Shown here piece after piece: positions 1-13,193 of a DNA stretch of 64,000 nucleotides. A program made the position numbers and the translations under genes. How positions within the stretch are numbered: position 1 is the stretch's first letter; every line of letters begins with the position of its first letter. The notes beneath the pieces are model-generated. The model worked only from the letters and a program-made list of their open reading frames with translations. It had not been told where the DNA came from and did not search any database. The DNA is from Adineta vaga (taxonomy: Eukaryota > Animalia > Rotifera), in contig CP075497.1 of NCBI GenBank assembly GCA_021613535.1, positions 8,184,001-8,248,000 of the forward strand, written 5' to 3'.

Positions 1-176
1 GTGTGTCGCGAGCATAGCGGTCGTTCTTTGTCTATAGCGTTCACCGATGCTAATACATCGCTGCATATATGAACAGAGAAAAGGAAATGGCATAGAAAGA
101 AGTTCAACATCAGACACTAATTTCTTTGTTATTTTTAGATTTGTTTTTATTGAATAGAGTAAAAAAATACAATACA

Positions 177-2859
177 ATGGCAGACACACTGATTGATGAC
201 GAAACTATTGATGTTCGAACATCGTCGAATAGACCAGGAGCATCAACTACTAGTTCGCAAATAACAACGACGACACGTCGACCAATGTATATCGAAACTG
301 AAGTACGTACCGATACGGTAACAACACGTCGAATGGCATCGGCTGCTGCTAACAGAAGCGTTCATGATGTACTTGAAAATACCAAATCGCCAACTCTGTA
401 TGTATTTGTTTTCAATTAAGTTCTTTTTCTCTATTCAAGTATTGTTTTCTTTTGCTAGTGATCGACCACCGACAAGTTATTCTTACTCTCAAGGGTATGT
501 AGATTTAAACTATTATTTTCAATGATAAGTCTTGCCTTAAGATAGAATTGAACTTCTTTTTCTGTTTTCTCGAAAAGTTCATTGTTAGTGATTTCTGATG
601 GGCATTATCATAATCGAAAGTAATTAAGAAATTTAAACAAGTACATCGTATCGAATGATTTGAAGCTTAAGAAAATGAGCTTTAAATTGAATACCTTAGA
701 GCGATAAAAAAAATAGCTCGAGGCTAAATGTATAAAAATATTGAGCTATCATTCATCACCATCATATATTCTTTCTAGTGCATTAATATCTTTTGTTCTT
801 TAGCAATTCATATGCACCTGGGTCACGGTCTGGTGCATACGACATTTCTGCCGCATCTCGACGTAGTTCACATGGCGGCTATCAAAATGGTACGGAATCC
901 ACTCTTGCATCAGCATTCTCATCACCATCTGAATTTTTGTCGACGGTTCGAACACAATTATCGAATGGTTATGATGCTGTCCGTGATCGTATAACTCAGT
1001 TTACTGGTCATCACGGTTTAGCACCTAATTCACCAACACGTGGTTTAACAAGTGGTGGTTCACGATATACCCGTACATCATCTCAATCATCGGCGACAGG
1101 TAGCCGATCGAAAGGATATAATCTTCGTTCGCGACCAGTTCATTCCACACCTCGAGATACTGATAGTGATCATACAAGTCATCGTAAAACAACAACAAAA
1201 CATCGAAAAGAACATAATCAACAGGGTGAAATTGATGAAGAAGATGATGACGAAGAAGAAGAAGAAGAACATAAAGGTCCACAATCTTATTTAAATAGAG
1301 CAATTCATTATATTAAACGAGTTTTTCGTTCACCCATCGATATTTTTGATACTGTCTGGAATAAATTAAAAGCTTTACCATGGTGGTTACTTATACCACT
1401 TTTATTACTTGTTGCCCTTTTTACTAGTAAGTTTCTTTCACGCATTGAACCATTTCATCTATTGATATCTTTATTCTATTTTAGTACCTCCTTTTGCTTG
1501 TAAACCATTAAAACATTTACTTCATCCTAAAGTAAATGATGCATGTCGCGATGTTCAACATTTGACAAAAGACTTAAGTGGTAGTACGTATGATTTTACT
1601 CGTCGCCATACGTATGACCGTGGTGTTCGTAATCTTAAACAAGTTTATGGTTCAGCACAAGATCTAAAAAATTCAGTATTAAACTCGTTGAATGATGTTT
1701 ATTATTCACTGAAACAAACTTTACGTGGTTCTGTGGGTGGCGTGAAAAATCGAGTTACTGATGCTGTTGAAACTACAGCAGAGAATGCAAAGGAATATTA
1801 TGATGCTGGTATTCAAAAAGTCAACCATCTTATCGAAGAACTTAAACAAGAAAGAGAAAAAATTCTTGGAGCGTAAGTGATTTTTTTTGTCAAAATCGAA
1901 TCACTGATTTATTCAATTCAATTCAATTCTATTTAGTCGACATACATTAAAACCCGATGAAGAAAAAGAATTATCAGCGGTATGTAAAACTTTAAAAAAG
2001 AAAAAGAACAAAGAATGAATTAAGATTTTTATTATAGATGGTTCGTAAATTAATCGATGAATATGCAGCCGATGAAACAGGTCAAGCAGATTTTGCACTT
2101 GAAGCTAATGGTAAATAAAACGAATATTAATCACATATCCAATAACCTCTTGATATGCATTTTTAGGAGGCAAAGTTGTTGATACACGTTGTCATGAATA
2201 CACCGATGAACCACGACAAAATGTTGTCAAATTTCTTGGTATTCCTATTGTTCATATGTCAAAACAACCTGATATTATCATCAAAGTAAATATTCTATTG
2301 TTTCTAAAATTCCTATAAATACAAACAATCTTTTTATTCAGCATGGACGTATGCCTGGTCAATGTTTTCCATTTAAAGGTGATCGTGGTAGTGTTGTCAT
2401 TCGATTAGCTGTACCTGTTGTACCAACTGAATTCGTACTTGAACATTTATCGAAAAGTATTTCAATTGTTGGTCATATCAATAGTGCACCGAATAATTTT
2501 ACAGTTTATGCAAGTGCAATAACGAAAAAAAATCGTCATAGTATATATATATATTGTTTTTTCTTCAGGCTTTGAAAGATAAACATGATAAAGAAGGTGT
2601 TGTTCTTGGTCGATATTTTTATGATGCAGAAAACGGTCCAGCTCTTCAGAGATTCAAACCTCAAGTATGTTGAAAATCGAGAAAATGCTTGAGAAATATT
2701 CATTATATATACATGTATCCCTTTTAGATTGCTAATATACCTGTTGTCGAATATATTGAAGTTCAAGTAACATCCAATTGGGGTAATCCAAATTATACAT
2801 GTTTATACAGATTTCGTGTACATGGCGACATGCAAACTGTCTCACCAACAGCTGCGTAG
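177..2859 (+). CDS. SUN-domain nuclear envelope (LINC complex) protein, multi-exon
   Basis: S/T-rich nucleoplasmic N-term, TM segment PWWLLIPLLLLVALF, coiled region, then SUN domain motifs ADFALEANGGKVV, MPGQCFPFKG, FVLEHLSK..SAPNNFTVY, SNWGNPNYTCLYRFRVHG; contains a GC-AG intron at 2510-2568. Confidence 0.93.
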
Positions 2860-3934
2860 AGAACACAGCAATTTGCTTTTGTTTTCCTAGAAAAAAAACT
2901 TTACTTTATGTCATCATTATAATCGTTCATATTGAATAGATTGTTTTGATGTTTATGTATTATTAATCTTTGTTCGTTTGTAAAACATTAAAAAAAAGTA
3001 CTCAGTTTTGTTTCTTGTATGATTATGTATTTAGCAAAATGCATTAACATTAAAAGACGCGTTTGAAATCTATAATCTAGACATTCTTTTTTCTTCTCTC
3101 TCTCTCTCTCCTCATTTCGTATATGTGTGCGTATTGTATTTGTTAAAATCTAGCGATTTTCATTCATTTGTCTATAACTTGTGTTCATATGTGTGTAATT
3201 GTCGGTGTGCTTCTTCTCTATTTCTTTTCTCGTCGTCTAACATATATTTGAAAATAAAAATCTAGACGTTTTGCAACTAACAGCAAGAGATTAATGATTT
3301 GATTTGATTTGAAAGAAAAGTTTGATGATTGAGTTTCCTGCGACGATGAAGACATACTGAGCTATTATTCTTTGATGGTATTATAGTCTAATAAATCTCA
3401 ATTTAATACTATTACGTATGATCGAATTATTTGGTTTATGTTCAAACATTACAATTATTTTTTGTCTGAAAAATAAATCATTGTCATAGATATATCGATT
3501 AGATAATAATTAATTTAATACGCTTTCATCTTGTCTTCATAAGATTTTGCAAAACATTTTGTCATGTGGTGCAACTAGGTTAAATCACAAACATCTACCA
3601 AAAAGATTACATATCCCATTTGAAATTAATAAAATTTCATCTCGAAGCCGTAATACTAGTTAGTTTCTCAATGCAAAAAGCAATTTGGAGTTATTTTTAT
3701 GATTGTGCAAGAACATAAAAAACGCAGCCAAGAGAGTGAAACATAGATTTCAATTCTATTTCTTTTCTTCCTTTCTCTCATTTTGTTTCCAACGGGGTAA
3801 ACTTGCACAATGTTTTGAAAACTATTTTACCATTTAACATGCAACATTTTCTTAACATTCTCTGCAGATTATAAAAGCTCATCAAGTTCTCTTCTACATA
3901 CATCATTACTGATACGTCGACAGTAGTTATCACT

Positions 3935-6900
3935 ATGAGTAAAACGACAACAACAACAAGTACCGAAAATAAAATTGTTTCTGGTCCAGTTTACCGTATT
4001 CCACCATATCATTATATTCATGTTTTGGATCAAAATACGAATGTAACACGATTAGAAATTGGTCCAAAAACATTTATTAAACAAGACAATGAATCAGTTA
4101 TTTTTGGACCAGAAAAAATGATTACAGTTCCGTATGTATTTCTGTCTAAATTGATATAAAAATAAATCTAAAGATAAAATTTTTTGTAGACCACGTCATT
4201 ATTGTGTTGTGGAATCACCAGTTGTACGTAATGAAGCAGGCGAAGTTGAATTTGATAAAAATGGTCAAGCAAAATTGATCCATGCAGATTTGGATATTCG
4301 TCTTGCACGAGCTGATCAAGCTCCATTTCCTCTCTATCCTGGTGAAGTTCTTCGACAAGTATAAATTTCGAACGTTTTGTCAGATGAAAGTAGAACAATG
4401 TTTGTTATATTCTATGTTTAGCCTGTCACTCCATTAAAAGTTGTTCCAGCTAATTCAGCTTTACGATTAAAAGCTGTACTTGATTTTGACGATGAAACAA
4501 CAAATGAACAACGACGTGCTGGCGATGAATGGTTATTTGAAGGTCCAGCAACTTACATTCCTCGTAAAGAAGTTAGTGTCGAAGAACAAATTCGCGCCAC
4601 TGTAATTGGTTCTAATCAAGCTATTCGACTTTGTGCTAAAAAAGAAATTAATGATCGAACAGGTCAAAAACGTGTCACTGGCGAAGAATGGTTGGTTAAG
4701 AAAACTGGTGCTTATTTACCACTTGCTTATGTAAGTTTTAATGGAAAAATTTCTTTCTGTATGAAATATTTATTATTATCATCGAAAATTTTTAGGAAAC
4801 AGTTGTTTCAGTAGAAAATGCTTATGTTTTAACTGATAAGAAAGCACTTCATCTCCGTGCATTAAAAACATTTACTGATGATTTTGGTAAAGTACGTATG
4901 AATGGTGAAGAATGGCTTGTTACTCTTGTCGATACAGAAACACATATTTTGAGTGTGTATGAACAATTAGTTGCTGTTGTTGATGTAATCACATTGAGTT
5001 CTCGACAATATTGTGTTATTATTGACCCAGTAGAAGATGGAAAACCACAATTAGGAAAAAAGGTTTGTAATGAAACAACCTTTTATTTATTCGAAATTAA
5101 TTATATGTGATTTTCTTTTCGGTTTAAATAGAAACTTGTTGTGGGCGAAAAATCATTTTTTCTTCAACCAGGTGAAAAATTAGAAAATGGTATTCAAGAT
5201 GTTTATATATTAGGTGAAGATGAGGGTGTCATTCTCAAATGTATCGAAGCATTTGAAGATGAACAAGCTAAAACTAATCGAAATCCTGGTGATCGATGGA
5301 TGATTCGTGGACCAACGTAAGACTTGAGATAATCATTGAAATTCCAATCTATTTCTATGTTCATTTCAGTGAATATATTCCTCCAACACAAGTAGAAGTT
5401 GTTACACGTCGAAAAGCAATTCCTCTAGATGAAAATGAAGGTATCTATGTTCGTGATATAAAAACTGGTCGTGTAAGAGCTGTTGTGGGTGAAACATATA
5501 TGTTAACACAAGATGAAGAACTTTGGCAAAAAGATTTACCTAAACAAGTTGAAGATTTATTAACACGCGATGCATTAGTTGATCGCAATATTCCAACACG
5601 TAATCAAACATCTGATAAAAATCAATCTCAACAAAATACAACTACTTCAAAATCAAGTTCAACGAAACGTGATAAATCAAAACTTGTCACTTATCGTGTT
5701 CCACATAATGCTTGCGTACAAATTTATGATTATAAAGCTAAAAAAGCACGAATTGTTTTCGGTCCTGAACTTGTTATGCTTGGACCTGATGAACAATTTA
5801 CATTACTTTCTTTAAGTGGTTGTGTTCCAAAGAAACCTAATCAAATCCAATCACTCTGTTTACTTCTTGGTCCTGATTTTTTTACTGATGTAATTGTAAT
5901 TGAAACAGCAGATCATGCACGTTTATCTCTTCAACTTTCATACAATTGGCATTTTCAAGTAGCGGATGTGACTGATGAAAAGGAAGCAGCAAAATTATTT
6001 TCCGTACCAGATTTTGTTGGCGATGCAGCTAAAGCCATTGCTTCTCGTGTTCGTGGCGTTGTTGCAGGAACACAATTTGATGATTTTCATAAGAATTCTG
6101 CTCAAATCATTCGTGCAGCTGTCTTCGGTCTTGATACTCATCAGCATGTACGTGATCAATTAGTTTTCCCACAAAACAATCTTGCTATCACCTCCATTGA
6201 TATTCAAAGTGTTGAACCTGTTGATCAACGAACACGTGATGCACTTCAAAAGAGTGTTCAATTAGCCATTGAAGTAAGTGATCTATGTGTATATATACTA
6301 AATGATTGGTAATATGAATGAATAATTTAGATTACAACTAATTCACAAGAAGCTGCTGCTAAACATGAAGCTTCTCGTCGAGAACAAGAAGCTAAAGGTT
6401 TATTAGAACGACAACGTATTAAAGATGAAGCTGATGCGGAAGAAGTTCGAAAACAACTTCTAGAATTACAAGCTCTATCAGCTGCTGTTGAATCAACTGG
6501 TCAAGCTAAAGCAGAAGCTCAAAGTCGTGCTGAATCAGCACGAATTGAAGGAGAAGCGGCTGTTGAGCAAGGTAAAAGAAAATAGAAGAAGAAAGAGATT
6601 TTTATTAATTGTGTTAAATTGTTATTCTTACTTTTAATAGCTCGTCTTAAAGCTGAAGCTACACGTATCGAAGCTGAAGCAGAATTATCACGTTTGAAAT
6701 TAGCTCGTGAAGCTGAAATCAAATTTGTACGTGATCAAAATGAATTGGAAATTGGAAAGAAAGGTGAAATGTCAAGAATTGAAACTGAAAAATTCAAATT
6801 ACAAGTGGAATCAATTGGTGCAGAAACAATTCAGTCGATTGCTACGTCTGGTCCTGACACTCAAGTTAAACTTTTACAAGCACTTGGCCTTCAATCAATG

Positions 6901-7041
6901 TTGGTTACTGATGGACATACACCTATCAATCTTATGGGTTTTGGACAAGGTTTATTAGGTGGTTTAAATGGAAATATGAAAAATAAATCGAGAACAACAA
7001 CAGCTAGTTCAGCCAACTACCGTGTCCATGAAGAAGATTAA
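3935..7041 (+). CDS. MVP: Major vault protein, paralog A (multi-exon)
   Basis: [111 protein letters not shown] and cap-helix region; exons join via GT-AG introns. Confidence 0.97.
5691..5802. repeat. Inverted near-identical tract 2 (partner 9212-9323) shared by the two MVP genes
   Basis: Manual alignment with reverse complement of 9212-9323: 110/112 identical, both differences synonymous. Confidence 0.92.
6196..6354. repeat. Inverted near-identical tract 1 (partner 8606-8764) shared by the two MVP genes, includes a complete 57-nt intron
   Basis: Manual alignment of 6196-6354 with reverse complement of 8606-8764: 158/159 identical; intron 6274-6330 equals reverse complement of 8630-8686. Confidence 0.95.
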
Positions 7042-7817
7042 ATATCAACAATGATCTTTTCTTAAAGTAAAAGAAATGAACATGAGCCGTCCTTGTATTC
7101 GTTCGTATTGTTAATGTATGTTTTTTGTCAAAGAAATTTAGTATGAATTTATTTATAAAAATATCTATATGATCAAATAAAGATTAAAGTATTTTTTCGT
7201 ATATAAAATCTTCTTATTATTCGATTTGTTGTGTACTTTTAATACAATGAAAAGAAAACAGAAGAATTTATAAGTTGTTTAACTTGCTACGAGCACACAT
7301 ACATTTTCTTGCTGCGAACAGTTTTGTTTTTATTCCTTTTGAAAGAAATAAGTCGTACAACAGCTTTGATAGATACTTCGAATTTCTATGAAATGTCAAA
7401 CTACGCGTGACATTTTTGAATAGATTCCATGCGAGTTTTTTTTGTAAAATATTGAAAAAAATCGAATGAAGTCTACTAATTCACCACTAAAATATGTTTT
7501 TTGATAAAAATATACTGTTCAATACAACTTCAATGGACAATAATAATCTACAAGAAATTTTTCATATTCGTCAAGATAACTTATTTCAATATAGATCAAT
7601 TAGTTTTATGAGTTCGAACAGTTTCTTGGAGATAAATATAATAGTGATGATCGATTAAATTTTCAATATAATGATCAAATAAACATTTATTTTTTCCGAA
7701 TTAATGAAAGAAAAATACAAATTTTTAATGGCAAAATCTGACATATCTCAGGTCTACACAATTACATAAATATAAAACTCAATAATTTTCTAAAACATGG
7801 TTTCTTTTTTCGTCTCT

Positions 7818-10800
7818 TTAAGAACTTGTTGATGTACCAACTAAATCCACTGCAGTATTGAATAGATTAATTGGACTACGTCCATCCGTGATCAATGTTG
7901 ATTTTATACCAAGAGCTTGAAGAAGTTTAACCTAAATAGATAATATGCAATTAGAAATATTTGGAAAAACAGAATTTTATATGGAATCTTTACTTGATTA
8001 TCTGGTCCACTAGTAGCAATAGCTTGTATAGTTTTTGGTCCAATAGCCGTTACATGTTCTTTGAATTCTTCGATTTCAATATTGGCTAATCGTTTAGCTT
8101 TATTAATTTCAAGATCAGAAACTAATTTCGAATAACTTAATTCTAATTCACGTGATTGTGTTAATCGAAAAAGTTCAATATCAGTTTCGATTTTCACTGC
8201 TTGAGCACGAAGAGTGGCTAAAAATCAATATATATATATATGAATCAAGCTAAACTATAGAGAATATATCAAGCAAACCTTGTTCAACAGCAGCTTCTCC
8301 TTCAATTTTTGCTGCTTCAGCTCGTGATTGAGCTTCAGCACGTGACTGACCGGTGGATTCAACAGCAGATGAAAGTGCTTGTAGTTGTAATAGATTTCGA
8401 CGTGCTTTTTCAGCTATTTAAAATAAAAAATATTAATATATAAATTCAAAAGATAACTTATATTTACCTTCTGCTTCATCAGCAATTTTCTGTCGTTCTA
8501 AATGACCTTTGGCTTCTTGTTCCGTTCGTGAAGCTGTGTGTCTATAAGAACAAAACTTTCGAACTATTGAAATTCTTCTATGAAAAAGTCAACTTACTTG
8601 GCTTGAGCTTCTTGTGAATTAGTTGTAATCTAAATTATTCATTCATATTACCAATCATTTAGTATATATACACATAGATCACTTACTTCAATGGCTAATT
8701 GAACACTCTTTTGAAGTGCATCACGTGTTCGTTGATCGACAGGTTCAACACTTTGAATATCAATAGATGTGAGAACGAGGTTATTTTGGGAGAAGACGAG
8801 TCTATGATTAACACGTTTATCTTCATTAAGACCAAAGACAGCTGTACGAATAATTTTCGCTGAATTTTTATGAAAATCATCAAAAGAAATGCTTGCAACT
8901 GCTCCACGAATTTTTGCTGCAACTGCTTTACAAAAATCACCAATAAAATCTGGTACAGAAAATACTTTTGCAATTTCTCTTTCATCACTATAATCCTTGA
9001 TCTAAATAATCGATAACAGATTCTATTTGTTTTTCATTCAAATGACAAATCTTACTTCAAAATGCCAATTATATGATAGTCGAAGTGATAGACGAGCATG
9101 ATCACTTGATTCAATCGTTACAGTATCACTTGAAAATTCCGGTCCCAATAATAAACAAATCGCACGAATTTTATTTGGTACTTTAGGTTTTTCACCGGAT
9201 AAATTCAAGACTGTAAATTGTTCATCAGGTCCAAGCATAACAAGTTCAGGACCGAAAACAATTCGTGCTTTTTTAGCTTTATAATCGTAAATTTGTACGC
9301 AAGCGTTATGTGGAACACGATAATTAACTACTTTTGATTTATCCCTAGCTGGTATATTGATTGATGCAATTGATTTATCTTCAAATGATCGAGGATCTTG
9401 AAGAAGAAGTTGTTCAACTTGTTTAGGTAAATCTTTTTCCCAAAGTTCTTCATTTTCAGTTAAGAGATAAGTGCTGCCGATAACGGAACGAATTTTACCC
9501 GTTTTAACATCTCGAACATAGATTCCTTCATTAACATCTAATGGTATAGCTTTACGACGAAGTACAACAGCAGCTTCAACTGCTGGAATATAATCTTTTG
9601 GACCACGAACCATCCAACGATCACCAGGATTACGAATAACTTTCTATATCACAAAAAAAAAATATCATAAAGAAATGAAAGTAAACTTAGACGTACCCCA
9701 TCTTCTTTGAATGATTCAATACAACGAAGGATTAAACCTTCATCTTCTTCAAGTACATACACATCTTGAATACCATCAGCTAACTTTTCACCAGGTTGAA
9801 GAAAGAATGTTTTTTCTCCCTGAAGAAAAAGAAATATTAACATCTAATTTCATTTTATACTTTAGAAAATATCTTACTTTCACAAGTTTTCTTTTTCCAA
9901 GTTGAGGTTTACCATCCGAACCTATTGGATTGACGATGACACAATACTGACGTGAATTTAAAATCGTAACAGAGACGATACCAACAACCTAGACAAAATT
10001 TTATTATTTACTTTTACTTATCTCTCAAAAATGAATTGATTTTTATCTACCTCTTCATAAACATCTGGAATGTATGTTTCAGTATCACTCGCATAGACTA
10101 ACCATTCTTCACCATGAAGACGTTTACGTTTTAATGAATCAATAAATGTGCCCAATGCTCGAACATGTAACGCTTTCTATAAAACAAGAAAGATATAATG
10201 ATGAAAATTAGACTAGATCTCAAATACTTTATCGGTTAGAACATAAGCTTGAACTGTGGAAACAACTTCTTCGTAAGCTAATGGTAAATAAGAGCCATTT
10301 GTACGATTGAGCCATTCTTCACCTGTTTGTCGTTGAATGTCATCACGATCAATCATTTCTTTTTTTGCACGTAAACGAACAGCTTCATTCGGTTTAAGAA
10401 TAACTGCTTTAATTTGTTCTTCAACACTAACTTCTTTACGTGGAAAATAAGTTCCTGAAAAAGAAAATATAAAACTTGATTTTATGATTTCAAAATATAA
10501 TCGAATTCTTTTCTACCTGGCCCATAGAAGAGAAATTCATCTCCTGCACGGATTTGTTGATCTTGATCATCGACGAAATCTAAAACAGCACGAAGACGTA
10601 ATGCACAATTTGGTTCAATAACTTTCAATGGTGTTATTGTTTGTTTAAGTATTTCACCAGGATAGAGAGGAAATGGTTCTTGAGCAAAACGAATATCAAC
10701 ATCAGAATGTAATAGTTTAATTTGACCATTGGTATCTGTTACAACTTGACCATTTTTATTACGAATAGCTGGATTTTCCACAACACAATAATGACGAGGT

Positions 10801-11091
10801 CTATACAGATGCAAATAAAATGGCATAGAAAAAAAACATCAACTCATGAATTTCAGACATACGGAATGATCAACATGCGTTCTGGTCCAAGAATAACTTT
10901 CTCATGATCTTGTTTTACAAATGTTTTTGGACCAACTTCAATTCGAGTTACATTTGTATTTTGATCCAAAACATGGATATAGTAAAATGGTGGAATTCGA
11001 TAAACTAAAATATCAATATCTTTAAAGATAAGAACAACAACGAATAAAATATTATGTTCTTACCACCACCCGTAGTCTTTGTATCGGACAT
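7818..11091 (-). CDS. MVP: Major vault protein, paralog B (multi-exon), convergent with paralog A
   Basis: [81 protein letters not shown], cap helix ...[26 protein letters not shown]; stop TAA at 7818-7820. Confidence 0.95.
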
Positions 11092-11839
11092 ATTTATTCT
11101 TTTGCGACTGATTTATGTCTGAGAGTAGAAAAGATTCTTACAAGCCCTTTTATTTAGAAGAATGAATGTCGACACACGTATGACATGTTGTGTATATGAA
11201 ATAGGAAATAACGGGGTTGTGTAGGAGAACATCTTTTTCAATTCAATTGTGCAATGACACAAGTAGAATTGCACGATCAACTTAAAAAAACAAGAAATTC
11301 TTAGATAAAAATTGCAGTTTATTCCCATTGTCAAGCAAGAAAAGGGTTAGAGAACAGAAAAGAAAGAGAGTGAATAAGAGAAGAACGAAAAAAAACATCA
11401 CCTTATAATTTAGTATTGCATTTTTTTGACGAAAAGTTTGAAAATCTATTCTTTTCATACGATGGTGAAACTCATCTTTTATTGATCATCGAGGTATGAC
11501 CGATATATTGTGCAAATGATTGAATAGTGATAAAAGAACATCTCATTTCACTAAAATAGAAAGATTATATGAAAGTCAAAGTAATCAATACAGTTCAGAA
11601 TACATGAACGTATTTTTTTGTTTAAACAGTAAAACTATTCTTTTAAGAAGTTTTTCTTTCATTTATGATTATTTTATTTTATTTAACAAACACATTCCTA
11701 TCATAATAAAACAGAAGTTTCTTTCAACAACATTAGATAAAAATAACAAATAGTAGTGAAATATGATTCGCTTTATACAATTAACCAATAAAATGATATT
11801 GAAATCGTATATAATTTCTTAAACTTCTTTCATTGCTAT

Positions 11840-13193
<1,354 letters not shown>

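Noticed and set aside
7042-7817. Vault RNA gene between or near the MVP pair
   Set aside because: No recognisable A/B box pair with terminal stem and T-run seen; an Infernal search with Rfam Vault would be needed
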